This document shows, piece after piece, positions 48,464 to 58,527 of a stretch of 64,000 nt of DNA. How positions within the stretch are numbered: position 1 is the stretch's first letter; every line of letters starts with the position of its first letter. Below the pieces are notes generated by a model. That model was given only the letters and a program-made list of their open reading frames with translations. It had not been told where the DNA came from and made no database searches. The translations under genes were made by a program, and so were the position numbers. The stretch is from Candidatus Kaiserbacteria bacterium (GTDB taxonomy: Bacteria; Patescibacteriota; Minisyncoccia; Phycocordibacterales; Phycocordibacteraceae). The DNA is taken from the NCBI GenBank assembly GCA_026396675.1, contig JAPLWI010000013.1:1218-65217 (forward strand). Direction: 5' to 3'.

Positions 48464-48796
48464 ATGTCCATTGGCTTTCACCATATGCGTGCGCGGGCGC
48501 GTCTCACGAAAGGACTTGAACCGTTCCCGGCCATTGGCTCGTGGAAACGCTTTCTTGACTATCTTATGTACGGCGTCGGCATTATCGCGCCTATCGCGCT
48601 CGTGCCGCAAATTCTCCAGATTTATACGACTCGCAGTGCCGCTGGCGTCTCGCTCCTAACATGGATCCTTATCGCTATCTTCAACGCACTTTGGGCACTC
48701 TATGGCGCGGTGCATAAAGACAGACAGCTCTTTTTCGCAAACGCTTTTGTCGTTCTGTTTGACCTTATTATCGTCGTTGGGATTTTGATGTATTGA
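48464..48796 (+). CDS. SemiSWEET/PQ-loop transporter-like protein
   Basis: LVPQILQIY, GVS, W..YG; three TM. Confidence 0.8.
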   Translation: MSIGFHHMRARARLTKGLEPFPAIGSWKRFLDYLMYGVGIIAPIALVPQILQIYTTRSAAGVSLLTWILIAIFNALWALYGAVHKDRQLFFANAFVVLFDLIIVVGILMY

Positions 48797-48949
48797 AAAG
48801 AGTAGGGAAATAGAGTACGCTCGAAAAGTGCGATAGAGGAATACAGACCAGCCGCGATAAACTTGTTTCTCGATGACTCGAAAAAGTTTTCCTCGGCTCG
48901 TTCGGATAACAAAAATGAATGCAGACATTCATTTTTGTTTCCTCACTTC

Positions 48950-49022
48950 GCCGAGATAGCTCAGTTGGTAGAGCAGCTCCATGGTAAGGAGCAGGTCGTC
49001 GGTTCAATCCCGACTCTCGGCT
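48950..49022 (+). tRNA. tRNA-Thr(GGT)
   Basis: GCTCC-ATGGTAA-GGAGC. Confidence 0.95.
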
Positions 49023-49156
49023 CAGAGAAAAAGGTGTTGAAAAATCGATTGACAAAATAAGTGTTTTTTGCTACTTCTAATCGCAGAACGATTGTTCTTT
49101 GCTGTAATCACAGTTATTGAACTGAACAAAAATACAAACGAGCGAAGGAGGTTAAT

Positions 49157-49834
49157 ATGAAGAAACTTTGGTTAATCTTATTGTTGGTATTTTCTGTCGG
49201 TATTTTCTTTTCGATCACTCACGCTGGCGGGAAGGATCCGCCGAAACAGGCATCACAGAAAGCTACTCCGCAAAAACAGGCACCAAGTGTTGCTCCACAA
49301 AGACAGGCACCGAGACAGGCGCCGAAGGCCGTTCCACAAAGACAGGCACCGAGGCAACAGCAGGCATCAAAAACTCTCCACCAGCAGAGCCACAACCCGG
49401 CACCTCGTTCAGGAGTGAGCTACCACGGGCATGGAGGTGTAAGCCATGGCGAAAGACACGATTTCCGCGGGCACAATTACCATCATTTCTCCGTTCATCA
49501 GCGCGAGATCTGGCACAGTGGAAGTTGGCGTCACGATCACTATCGTGGAATGTACGGATGGTGGTGGGTAGTCGGTGGTATGTGGTACTTTTATCCATCG
49601 CCGATATATCCTTATCCACAGGTAATTCCTGAAGTTGTGTTTGAGGCTCCGCCAGTAGTAGTGGTTGAATCGCCTGTGATGGCTGTACCTATCGAAAGAC
49701 CATTGCTGGTTGTTCAACCACAGCAACAATTCTCTTATTGGTGCGATAATCCAGAAGGGTATGCACCATATGTAGAAAAGTGTAATTCGGAATGGCGCAG
49801 AGTATCGTTGCAAATTGCGTCGCCATCACGATAA
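49157..49834 (+). CDS. secreted low-complexity protein (PQRQA repeats, His- and Trp/Tyr-rich)
   Basis: TTGACA promoter, AAGGAGGT SD, signal peptide. Confidence 0.75.
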   Translation: MKKLWLILLLVFSVGIFFSITHAGGKDPPKQASQKATPQKQAPSVAPQRQAPRQAPKAVPQRQAPRQQQASKTLHQQSHNPAPRSGVSYHGHGGVSHGERHDFRGHNYHHFSVHQREIWHSGSWRHDHYRGMYGWWWVVGGMWYFYPSPIYPYPQVIPEVVFEAPPVVVVESPVMAVPIERPLLVVQPQQQFSYWCDNPEGYAPYVEKCNSEWRRVSLQIASPSR

Positions 49835-49863
49835 CAAAAAAAGAAAAAAGGGAGGAAAGTATT

Positions 49864-50316
49864 ATGAAGATCATGAAAGTTTTTGCTCTAATCGCAATAG
49901 TGTCTTTGTTTGTTCTCACAGGGTGTGTCACAGCTCCTATTGGACCACTTTCTATAACTATGCCCGCACCTGGCAAGCCGTTGCAGATGTTTCAGGCGGA
50001 AGATAAGGAATGCCGAGAGTGGGCGCTCCAGCAAATAGGAGGCCAGGATGCGGTTGATGCGGCGAACCAAAGGTCCGCTGGTCACGCAATTGTCGGAACC
50101 CTTATCGGAGTTGCTGTTGGTGCCTTGATCGGCGGAGGAGTTGGCGATGCAGGTGCCGGTGCAGCGATCGGGGCCGGAGCCGGCCTGGCTGGAGGTTCTG
50201 CCTCTGGCGCAAATTCGGCTGCGTATTCAAGTTCGACGCTTCAGCGTTTGTATGATAACGCGTACCTGCAGTGCATGTACTCAAAAGGGAACCAAGTCCC
50301 GGGGCAGCTCCGCTGA
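49864..50316 (+). CDS. glycine-zipper lipoprotein
   Basis: LTGC lipobox, GAAIGAGAG repeats, LQRLYDNAYLQCMYSKGNQVP. Confidence 0.85.
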   Translation: MKIMKVFALIAIVSLFVLTGCVTAPIGPLSITMPAPGKPLQMFQAEDKECREWALQQIGGQDAVDAANQRSAGHAIVGTLIGVAVGALIGGGVGDAGAGAAIGAGAGLAGGSASGANSAAYSSSTLQRLYDNAYLQCMYSKGNQVPGQLR

Positions 50317-50436
50317 TTCAGATGCTCTTTAGTTTTTCGTAAGGCGCTCGAAGATGAGCGCCTTATTTTTTTGTGTGAGGTATGAAAGATTTCTCATCAC
50401 TATTTTATAGAGGATTTTATGCGCTAAAATATATCT

Positions 50437-50997
50437 ATGCCACCAGAAGAAAATTCTGTTCCTGAACCGGCTCCTGCTCCTGTAGAAGCGACTCCAGCTC
50501 CGGATTCGACAAGCTCACCGCAGGCCGAAACGGATCCCGCCATCGCTGAAGCTATGGCGGGCACGCAACCTGCAACCACAACGGGTCAAATACCACCAAA
50601 TGACCCGTTGCCTCCGGTATCTGACCCGATTCCGTCTGCTCAACCCGCTCCCGAGCCGCCGTCCTCGGCGGCTCCAGCACAAACCGGCATTCTGCACACA
50701 GCCCCCTCCGTCGCTAAAGCTATGGAGGGCACGCGCGATCTGCTCGTGAAAGCCCGCGTAAGTATTCAAGACCGGAAACGAAAGAAGCGAGACAAGATTA
50801 TGGAAGCACTGACGAAGAAAAACCCTACTTCGCTAAAGCTACGAAGGGCAGGCGAAATCACCAACGACGAAGTGGAAAAACTTTTGCATGTCTCTGATGC
50901 AACAGCGGAAAGGTATCTCGCAACACTCGTGAAAGAAGGCAAAATTAAACAAGACAGAAGAACCGGAGCGGGCGTAAGTTATTCAAGAGCGCCCTGA
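50437..50997 (+). CDS. Pro-rich protein with C-terminal winged HTH; several REP-like inserts
   Basis: ITNDEVEKLLHVSDATAERYL..L.KEG.I. Confidence 0.75.
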   Translation: MPPEENSVPEPAPAPVEATPAPDSTSSPQAETDPAIAEAMAGTQPATTTGQIPPNDPLPPVSDPIPSAQPAPEPPSSAAPAQTGILHTAPSVAKAMEGTRDLLVKARVSIQDRKRKKRDKIMEALTKKNPTSLKLRRAGEITNDEVEKLLHVSDATAERYLATLVKEGKIKQDRRTGAGVSYSRAP

Positions 50998-51015
50998 GCG
51001 CCCTAGAAAGTTTTT

Positions 51016-51087
51016 GCCCTCGTAAGCTAACGGATAAACTGCCTCGATTCTAGCGAGGACTTGGGAGTTCGAATCTTCCCGAGGGCT
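51016..51087 (+). tRNA. tRNA-Arg(TCT)
   Basis: CCTCG-ATTCTAG-CGAGG. Confidence 0.9.
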
Positions 51088-51149
51088 GGATTTCTTATGC
51101 AATGGACAAGCTAATCTAGCGGAAAAATAGCCAGAGACCGCTGTGCATT

Positions 51150-51302
51150 GAACGGGTCATTTCCTCCTATATGATCCGTTCCTCGGAGGAAATGACCCGT
51201 TCCCCGAGCCCTGCCGCTCCATTCCTTTTCAAAAAATCCTCCCCCGCCAAAAAAACAAAGCATAGAGAGCGGCAGGGCTCGGGGCCGCGCGTAATCGCGC
51301 GG
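51150..51302. repeat. three tandem hairpins (two perfect 18-bp stems)
   Basis: 51150-51167/51185-51202; 51202-51219/51267-51284; 51285-51302. Confidence 0.8.
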
Positions 51303-51460
51303 CGAGCGCCGAGTCCGCGAGGCGCGAGAAGGTGTGTTAGTTTGTTGGATTTTGTGTAAAATAGGTTCTAGCGTGCTTTAATAGAGACTCCAGAATCAGT
51401 TATCAACATACGACCAATTTTCAAATAGAAATTGGTCTGCATTTGCAATATCATATATGC

Positions 51461-51910
51461 ATGAACCCGAAAAAACTGCGGACAAAGTGTCTTATGTGCG
51501 GCAAAGAACCTGCCAGAACTGGTTACAAATATTGTAGCAACACATGTCAGCACGAATATCAGTATTATGCTTACATAAAACGCTGGAAAGAAGGCAAAGA
51601 AATTGGCTTAATTAACATTGGAGTAGTGTCTGGGCATGTTAAAAGATATTTGCGAGAAAAATTTGGGAATAGATGTTGTTTGTGTGATTGGTCTAAGATA
51701 AATTCAAAAACGGGGAAGGTGCCACTTGTCGCAGATCATATTGATGGGAACTGGAAGAATAACTCTGAGAAGAATCTTCGTCTTATTTGTCCTAACTGTG
51801 ACTCGCTTACATCGACATATGCTGCTCTGAATAAAGGAAATGGACGAACAGGACGAGCGCTTAGTAGAAGAGTTCTTTCTGCGCGATTATTTAAATCCGG
51901 AAGAATATGA
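51461..51910 (+). CDS. HNH endonuclease
   Basis: C..C, KYCSNTC, DHIDGN..NN...NLRLICPNC; lies between tRNAs. Confidence 0.9.
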   Translation: MNPKKLRTKCLMCGKEPARTGYKYCSNTCQHEYQYYAYIKRWKEGKEIGLINIGVVSGHVKRYLREKFGNRCCLCDWSKINSKTGKVPLVADHIDGNWKNNSEKNLRLICPNCDSLTSTYAALNKGNGRTGRALSRRVLSARLFKSGRI

Positions 51911-51930
51911 TATGTTTCTCAATATCATTT

Positions 51931-52003
51931 GCCGGGGTAGCTCAGTTGGTAGAGCAATGGTATCGTAAACCATAGGTCGCGAGTCCGAATCTCGCCCCCG
52001 GCT
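51931..52003 (+). tRNA. tRNA-Thr(CGT)
   Basis: ATGGT-ATCGTAA-ACCAT. Confidence 0.92.
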
Positions 52004-52054
52004 CAATAAAAAAGTAAAGGCCGCTGGTGTTTTAATTCCAGCGGCCCATGGCAA

Positions 52055-52492
52055 CTAAGCAAATACTCCTTCGGCCTCACAAACGAGGTCGCGGTGTTTT
52101 TCGAGAAGCCCACGCATTGTCGAGACCTGCATCCGCTTGAAAACCTCGGTTTTCATCGGTTCCCCATTTTCGTCAGCGATTGGAAGTCGTGTATCGAGCT
52201 TTTCTTCCGACACACGGGCTAGGAACAAAAATGGGTGATACTTTCCAAGTGCACATTCTTTTTGTTCCGCAGAGATGAGTTCCATTTCTGCTTCGAGAAT
52301 CTTAATACCTGTTTCCTCTTCCGCTTCCCTAATCGCGGCGGTTGTGGCGTCTTCGTCGCCCGTCTCTATTGATCCTCCCGGAAGCTTCCAAAATGCATCT
52401 TCGAAGGAAGGATCCTTCACTAACAACATTCTGGCCGGAGAAACAATGCATATCATCACCGTCCCCAATTTTGGTCTACCTTTTCCTTTCAT
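52055..52492 (-). CDS. NUDIX hydrolase
   Basis: WKLPGG..E......AAIREAEEETG. Confidence 0.9.
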   Translation of the reverse strand: MKGKGRPKLGTVMICIVSPARMLLVKDPSFEDAFWKLPGGSIETGDEDATTAAIREAEEETGIKILEAEMELISAEQKECALGKYHPFLFLARVSEEKLDTRLPIADENGEPMKTEVFKRMQVSTMRGLLEKHRDLVCEAEGVFA

Positions 52493-52585
52493 TCCGAACC
52501 TCCCTCATGAATTTATTTTCTGCTTCTATTATACACACTGCTGTTATCTTGTCAAGTACAGCACAAAATTTGGTATAATCAGCCA

Positions 52586-53455
52586 ATGATAGAGCGGAAA
52601 CAACGAATTGAAGAAATTGAGGCGATGATGGCATCGCCGGATTTTTGGTTGGATAAAGAAAAGGCGCAACAGCTCGTGCAGGAATATCAGATGCTGAAAG
52701 AAGGCGGCGGAGGCGACCCTCATGACTACGGAAATGCAACGCTCGCGATTCTCGCGGGTGCCGGCGGCGACGACGCCGAGGATTTCGCACGCATGCTCCG
52801 TCGGATGTACGAGGGCTACGCAACGCAAAAGGGTTGGCGCACTCACGAACTCCACGCCAACGAAAATGACCAAGGCGGATACCGGAATGTAATGCTTGAA
52901 ATTACTGGTTCAGGTGTTTATGGCCGATTGAAGCACGAAGCGGGAGTGCATCGTCTCGTGCGTCAGTCGCCATTCAACGCGAATGCGAAGCGTCAGACGA
53001 GTTTTGCGCTTGTTGAAGTACTGCCGACTCTCGTTGCGAGCGACAAAGTTGAATTAAAGCCAGATGACATCGAAATACAATTCGCACGGAGCGGCGGCGC
53101 TGGCGGGCAGAATGTGAATAAACGCGAGACAGCGGTGCGCATCCTCCACAAGCCGACCAATCTTTCGGTGCATGTTTCAAGCGAGCGAAGCCAGCAGGCG
53201 AATCGCGAGAAGGCGATGGAACTTTTGAAAGCAAAAATATTTACAAAAGAAGAGGCGGAGCGGGATGCGGCGGCAAAAGGTCGTAGTATCGCCGCAACGA
53301 CCGCGAACGAATGGGGAAGTCAGATCCGTTCGTATGTTCTGCACCCCTACAAAATGGTCAAAGATCACCGCACTAATTTCGAGTCCTCAAATCCCGATAA
53401 AGTCCTCGCCGGCGACCTCGACGATTTCATCGATGCCGCCGCGCAACAACCGTAA
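52586..53455 (+). CDS. prfB: peptide chain release factor 2 (short form)
   Basis: SPF and GGQ motifs, [13 protein letters not shown]; upstream of ftsE. Confidence 0.92.
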   Translation: MIERKQRIEEIEAMMASPDFWLDKEKAQQLVQEYQMLKEGGGGDPHDYGNATLAILAGAGGDDAEDFARMLRRMYEGYATQKGWRTHELHANENDQGGYRNVMLEITGSGVYGRLKHEAGVHRLVRQSPFNANAKRQTSFALVEVLPTLVASDKVELKPDDIEIQFARSGGAGGQNVNKRETAVRILHKPTNLSVHVSSERSQQANREKAMELLKAKIFTKEEAERDAAAKGRSIAATTANEWGSQIRSYVLHPYKMVKDHRTNFESSNPDKVLAGDLDDFIDAAAQQP

Positions 53456-53542
53456 GGTGTCACCTTACGGTTTTTGTTTTTATGCCAGTTATCCACTTTC
53501 TGGACTCGCATCGTGTGAGTAAGGTACAATAACACCCGACGC

Positions 53543-54220
53543 ATGATTTATTTTGACCAGGTGACCAAGCGATATGGGAACACCACAGCACTCGAGGGAA
53601 TTACGCTCTCCATCGCCCCCAAAGAATTCGTTACAATCGTTGGCCATTCTGGCGCAGGGAAGACAACACTATTGAAATTACTTCTCGCGGAAGAGTCGCC
53701 CACAGAAGGCAGTGTCTTCTTTCAGTCAATGAATGTGAACGACCTACCGAATTCGGCTCTCCACCATTACCGCCGCAAGATAGGCATGGTCTTTCAGGAT
53801 TTCCGGCTTATTCCGAATAAGACAGCGTATGAGAATATCGCCTTCGCAATGGAGGCCGCTGGCCGTACTGACTCTGAAATCGCGAGCGATGTGCCGCACA
53901 TTCTTGCGCTTGTGAATCTTACCGACAAAGCAGTGCATTTCCCAGACCAACTTTCCGGCGGCGAGAAACAGCGTGTAGCGATTGGACGCGCAATTATCAA
54001 TCAGCCGGAGCTTATTATCGCTGACGAACCGACCGGCAATCTCGATCCGATTAACACATACGAGGTGGTTGAAATTTTGAAAAAAATCAACGAGCTCGGT
54101 ACCACAATCGTTATCGCCACTCACAATAAGGGGGTTGTTGATGCGATTGACAAGCGTGTTATTACCATGGATCGCGGGAAGCTGGTGCGCGATGATGCAG
54201 AAGGTAAGTATGTCCTATGA
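53543..54220 (+). CDS. ftsE: cell division ATP-binding protein FtsE
   Basis: GHSGAGK, VFQDFRL, LSGGEKQR, ADEPTGNLDP. Confidence 0.92.
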   Translation: MIYFDQVTKRYGNTTALEGITLSIAPKEFVTIVGHSGAGKTTLLKLLLAEESPTEGSVFFQSMNVNDLPNSALHHYRRKIGMVFQDFRLIPNKTAYENIAFAMEAAGRTDSEIASDVPHILALVNLTDKAVHFPDQLSGGEKQRVAIGRAIINQPELIIADEPTGNLDPINTYEVVEILKKINELGTTIVIATHNKGVVDAIDKRVITMDRGKLVRDDAEGKYVL

Positions 54221-54299
54221 AAACAACGAGCGTAGCGACTATGTTTTCAAGGATGCCGCAATTTCTGCAAGAAATTGCGGCGCCTGATATAATAAAAGT

Positions 54300-55226
54300 A
54301 TGAACTGGATGGAAATAAAACGAATGATAATAGGCGGTATGAAAAATTTTATGCGCGGTGGCGCGGTTTCGGTCGCGACCGTAATTATCATGACCGTAAC
54401 GCTCGCGATTATCGGTTCTTTGATTTTTCTTTCCGCGCTTCTCTCATTCACACTGAACGCTATAAAAGATAAGGTTAATGTATCGGTTTACTTCGTTACC
54501 ACGGCGAGTGAAAGTGATATTTTTTCTGTGAAGGATCAACTTGAGAAATTACCGCAGGTGGAAAACATCACATACACTTCTTCCGACGATGCCCTTGCGA
54601 ACTTCCGTGCACGGCATGCAAGCGATCAACTAACACTTCAGGCACTCGACGAACTTGGCGGCAATCCGCTTGATGCCTCGCTTGAAGTGCGGGCGAAAGA
54701 TCCTTCAGAATATGACAGCATCGTGAGTTTCCTGGAGGCCTCGCCCGCTTTGTCTACCGGTAACTCTTCCATAATTGATCGTATTAATTACACGCAAAAT
54801 AAAGATGTTATTGATCGTCTTTCACTCGCAATAAAAGCGACGCGTGAAGTCGGTTTTGCCGTTGTTATTCTCTTCGCAATCGCATCAATTCTCATCGCGT
54901 TCGCGACGATTCGTCTCGTGATCTACACGGCTAAGGACGAAATTGCCGTTATGCGGCTCGTCGGAGCCAGCAATATCCATATTCAAGGACCGTTTGTTGT
55001 AACTGGTGTTATTACAGGTATCGTCGCGGCTGTTCTCGTATTGCTTCTCCTCTGGCCGGCAACCTGGTATGTAGGAACAAAGACCTCAGAATGGTTCGGC
55101 GGTTTTAATGTGGCGAGTTATTACAGCGGCAACTTCACTTTTATCTTCTGCATACTGATGCTCTCCGGCATCATGCTCGGCGCTGTTGCGTCCGTGCTCG
55201 CAATTCGTAAATATTTGAAGGTTTAA
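54300..55226 (+). CDS. ftsX: cell division permease FtsX
   Basis: NPL, TIRL.I....EI.VMRLVGAS; follows ftsE. Confidence 0.92.
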   Translation: MNWMEIKRMIIGGMKNFMRGGAVSVATVIIMTVTLAIIGSLIFLSALLSFTLNAIKDKVNVSVYFVTTASESDIFSVKDQLEKLPQVENITYTSSDDALANFRARHASDQLTLQALDELGGNPLDASLEVRAKDPSEYDSIVSFLEASPALSTGNSSIIDRINYTQNKDVIDRLSLAIKATREVGFAVVILFAIASILIAFATIRLVIYTAKDEIAVMRLVGASNIHIQGPFVVTGVITGIVAAVLVLLLLWPATWYVGTKTSEWFGGFNVASYYSGNFTFIFCILMLSGIMLGAVASVLAIRKYLKV

Positions 55227-55227
55227 C

Positions 55228-56889
55228 ATGGCAAAGGAAGGTCACAAATATATATTCGTTTTAGGCGGCGTAATGAGTGGCGTAGGCAAGGGAATCGTGA
55301 GCAGTTCGATGGCTCTTCTCCTCCAACAAAAAGGATATCCGGTTAATCTCGTAAAAATTGATCCGTACCTGAATGTGGATGCCGGCACAATGAATCCGAC
55401 TGAACATGGCGAAGTATTCGTACTCCGAAGTGGGCTGGAGACCGACCAAGATATGGGGAATTACGAACGATTTCTCGGCCGTGACCTTACCAACGATGAC
55501 TATATGACAAGTGGTATGGTGTATCAGTCGGTCATCGCTCGTGAGAGAGCCCTTGAATACGGCGGGAAATGCGTCGAGACCATTCCGCATGTCCGCGATG
55601 AGATTTTAAATAGATTTGAGTCCTCGGCCGCATATAACGGCAGTCGCGTTTCCGTAATAGAAATCGGCGGCACTGTGGGCGATTTTCAAAATGCGCTTTT
55701 CATAGAAGCAGCTCGCGTCATCAAGATGAAATATCCGGAAGATGTGCTATTCGTGATGGTGTCATACCTCCCGGTGCCGGGGACGCTTGGCGAAATGAAG
55801 ACCAAGCCGACGCAATCAGCGGTGCGCGCTTTAAATTCATATGGGGTGCAACCGGATTTCATCGTTGCGCGTTCGACACATAGTATTGATGAAAAAAGAA
55901 AAGAGAAATTGGCGATTTCATGCAGTGTCCGAGCCGACCGAGTGATTTCTGCTCCCGATATCAAGAGCATTTATGAAGTGCCCTTAAATCTTGAGAAGGA
56001 TCATCTCGGGGACATTCTTCTAGAGGCACTTCATTTACCAGAGAAACGCACCACATCACTCTCCGCGTGGAAGAAATTCACGCTTGCGGCTACAAACACA
56101 AAAGCTCCAGAGATATCTATCGCAATCGTCGGCAAATATTTTGACACGGGCGATTTCGTTCTTTCCGATGCGTATCTCTCGGTTATTGAAGCGATTAAAT
56201 TTTCTGCCAGCAAACTCGGAAGAAGGGCAAAAATTACATGGATAAATGCAAAGGAGATTGAAAAGGCAAGTTCTGCTGGGACGGCCGCCATGCTGTCGGG
56301 ATATCAAGGCATCATCGTCCCCGGAGGTTTCGGCGAGACAGGCATTGAAGGAAAAATAAAAGCAATAAAATTCGCGCGCGAAAAGAAAATTCCATATTTT
56401 GGTCTCTGTTACGGAATGCAACTTATGGTGATTGAATACGCGCGCCACGTGCTCGGACTTAAAGACGCGCACACGACAGAAATTAATAAAAAAACAACAG
56501 CGCCTGTTGTTGATGTGATGTTAGAGCAGAAGAAACATCTCGCTGACAATAAATATGGCGGCACGATGCGCCTCGGTGCATATCCCTGCTACTTAAAGAA
56601 GGGCACAATGGCGCGCGCCGCGTATAAAAAAGAATTAGTAGAAGAACGACATCGCCATCGTTACGAAATCAATCCGAAATACATAAAACAGCTTGAAGAC
56701 GCCGGTCTCGTTTTCTCCGGCACATCGCCCGATTCTGTCCTTATGGAGATTGCTGAACTTCCTCGTTCAGTGCATCCGTTTATGCTCGGAACACAATTTC
56801 ATCCGGAGTTCCAAGCGCGTCCGCTCTCGCCGCACCCGCTCTTCACCGAATTTCTCAAAGCCGCCATCGCTCGGAAGAAAAAGAAATAA
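55228..56889 (+). CDS. pyrG: CTP synthase
   Basis: GGV.SG.GKG, KIDPYLNVDAGTM, GLCYGMQ, QFHPE. Confidence 0.98.
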   Translation: MAKEGHKYIFVLGGVMSGVGKGIVSSSMALLLQQKGYPVNLVKIDPYLNVDAGTMNPTEHGEVFVLRSGLETDQDMGNYERFLGRDLTNDDYMTSGMVYQSVIARERALEYGGKCVETIPHVRDEILNRFESSAAYNGSRVSVIEIGGTVGDFQNALFIEAARVIKMKYPEDVLFVMVSYLPVPGTLGEMKTKPTQSAVRALNSYGVQPDFIVARSTHSIDEKRKEKLAISCSVRADRVISAPDIKSIYEVPLNLEKDHLGDILLEALHLPEKRTTSLSAWKKFTLAATNTKAPEISIAIVGKYFDTGDFVLSDAYLSVIEAIKFSASKLGRRAKITWINAKEIEKASSAGTAAMLSGYQGIIVPGGFGETGIEGKIKAIKFAREKKIPYFGLCYGMQLMVIEYARHVLGLKDAHTTEINKKTTAPVVDVMLEQKKHLADNKYGGTMRLGAYPCYLKKGTMARAAYKKELVEERHRHRYEINPKYIKQLEDAGLVFSGTSPDSVLMEIAELPRSVHPFMLGTQFHPEFQARPLSPHPLFTEFLKAAIARKKKK

Positions 56890-56890
56890 A

Positions 56891-57697
56891 ATGACCAACA
56901 TTATTGAAGTCAAAAATCTCACCAAGAAATTTGATGATTTTGTCGCTGTAAAAGATGTTTCGTTTTCAGTTGAAGAGGGAAATATTTTCGCATTTCTCGG
57001 CCCGAACGGCGCAGGGAAGTCCACTACGATAAAAATGCTCACAACCCTTCTGCATCCGACATCTGGCTCTCTGAGTATCAACGGTTTTGATCCGATGAAA
57101 GAACCGGACAAAGTCAGGCATTCTTTCGGTATCGTCTTTCAAGACCCGTCGCTTGATGAAGATCTCACTGCACTCGAAAATTTGCAATTGCACGGCGTGC
57201 TTTATCATGTGCCGAAGAATATCCTCAAGAAACGCATTGACGAAATGCTTGCACTCGTTGAACTTTTAGATCGTCGTAATGACTTCGTTCGTGATTTTTC
57301 AGGTGGTATGAAACGCCGTTTGGAAATCGCACGCGGGCTTCTTCATCATCCGAAAATTATGTTCCTCGACGAACCGACCTTGGGTCTAGACCCGCAAACG
57401 CGCAATCATCTCTGGAGTTATGTGCAGAAATTAAATTCCGATGAGGGCATAACAGTTTTCTTCACCACCCATTATATGGAAGAGGCCGACCGCATTGCGA
57501 AGAACATAGCGATTATCGATCATGGAGTCATAATCGCGCAAGGAAGCAGTGAAGAATTGCAGAAGCAGACAAGTACAACGACGCTTGAAGAAGCGTTTTT
57601 AAAACTAACTGGAAGCGCGATTCGCGATGAACTAGGTAGCTCGACCGATCGAATGCGGTCTCATTATCATATGAGACACGGCGGCGGTCGTCGTTAA
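56891..57697 (+). CDS. ABC exporter ATP-binding protein (DrrA-like)
   Basis: GPNGAGKST, FSGGMKRR, LDEPT.GLDP. Confidence 0.92.
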   Translation: MTNIIEVKNLTKKFDDFVAVKDVSFSVEEGNIFAFLGPNGAGKSTTIKMLTTLLHPTSGSLSINGFDPMKEPDKVRHSFGIVFQDPSLDEDLTALENLQLHGVLYHVPKNILKKRIDEMLALVELLDRRNDFVRDFSGGMKRRLEIARGLLHHPKIMFLDEPTLGLDPQTRNHLWSYVQKLNSDEGITVFFTTHYMEEADRIAKNIAIIDHGVIIAQGSSEELQKQTSTTTLEEAFLKLTGSAIRDELGSSTDRMRSHYHMRHGGGRR

Positions 57698-57704
57698 TTT
57701 AATT

Positions 57705-58451
57705 ATGCAAACCATCTACATTATGTGGTTGCGAGAAGTGAAGCGGTTTATCCGCTCCAAGAGCCGCTTGGTCGGTGCGCTTGGTCAGCCGCTTCTTTTC
57801 CTAATTGCACTCGGCTACGGACTCGGACCCGTGTTCGCAAAGGCAGGGCAGGGAAATTATTTGGAATTCATCGCGCCGGGCATTATCGGCATGACGATTA
57901 TTTTCACCGCTATTTTCAACGGCATGCAAGTCATTTGGGATCGGCAATTCGGATTTTTGAAAGAAACAATGGTCGCTCCGGTTTCTCGACTTTCAATTAT
58001 GTTCGGCAGAACGCTTGGCGGCGCGACAGTAGCGGCCACACAGGGCACACTAGTGCTCATTATTGCGATGCTCGCTGGATTCCATCCAATCTCATTAATT
58101 GGCATCATTCCTGCGATTCTAATTATGTTCATTATTGCCCTGCTCTTTAGTGCTCTCGGCATTATGGTCGCTTCGCTTTTGAAAGATATGCAGGGCTTCC
58201 AACTCATTATGAACTTTCTCGTGATGCCGCTTTTCTTTCTATCCGGTGCACTATTTCCGTTGAATACAGTACCGTCCGCTTTGCTTCTTGTTGCGCGTTT
58301 TGACCCGCTCTCGTACGGCGTTGATGCGTTGCGCTATTTCCTCATTGGCGTCGCGACTTTTCCGCTCACTCTCGACATCAGTGTGCTCATCGGCGTGACC
58401 GCAATCTTTCTCGCTCTCGGTTCGTATTTCTTCTCGCGAATTGAAGTTTGA
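57705..58451 (+). CDS. ABC-2 type permease
   Basis: WDRQFGFLKE, FLSGALFP, PLSYGVD. Confidence 0.92.
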   Translation: MQTIYIMWLREVKRFIRSKSRLVGALGQPLLFLIALGYGLGPVFAKAGQGNYLEFIAPGIIGMTIIFTAIFNGMQVIWDRQFGFLKETMVAPVSRLSIMFGRTLGGATVAATQGTLVLIIAMLAGFHPISLIGIIPAILIMFIIALLFSALGIMVASLLKDMQGFQLIMNFLVMPLFFLSGALFPLNTVPSALLLVARFDPLSYGVDALRYFLIGVATFPLTLDISVLIGVTAIFLALGSYFFSRIEV

Positions 58452-58471
58452 GTTTCGACCTAGGAATGTAG

Positions 58472-58522
58472 GGACTTACGATATCCCTAAATTCAGAATG
58501 CATGTTTGGATATCGTAAGTCC
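58472..58522. repeat. REP-like inverted repeat between convergent genes
   Basis: GGACTTACGATATCC...GGATATCGTAAGTCC. Confidence 0.75.
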
Positions 58523-58527
58523 TAAAT

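Noticed and set aside
48440-48610. N-terminal extension of the cupin ORF 48086..48610
   Set aside because: It overlaps the opposite-strand SemiSWEET-like gene; the start at 48439 fits the family.
56693-56890. N-terminal extension of the ABC ATPase
   Set aside because: It overlaps pyrG; the real start is ATG 56891.
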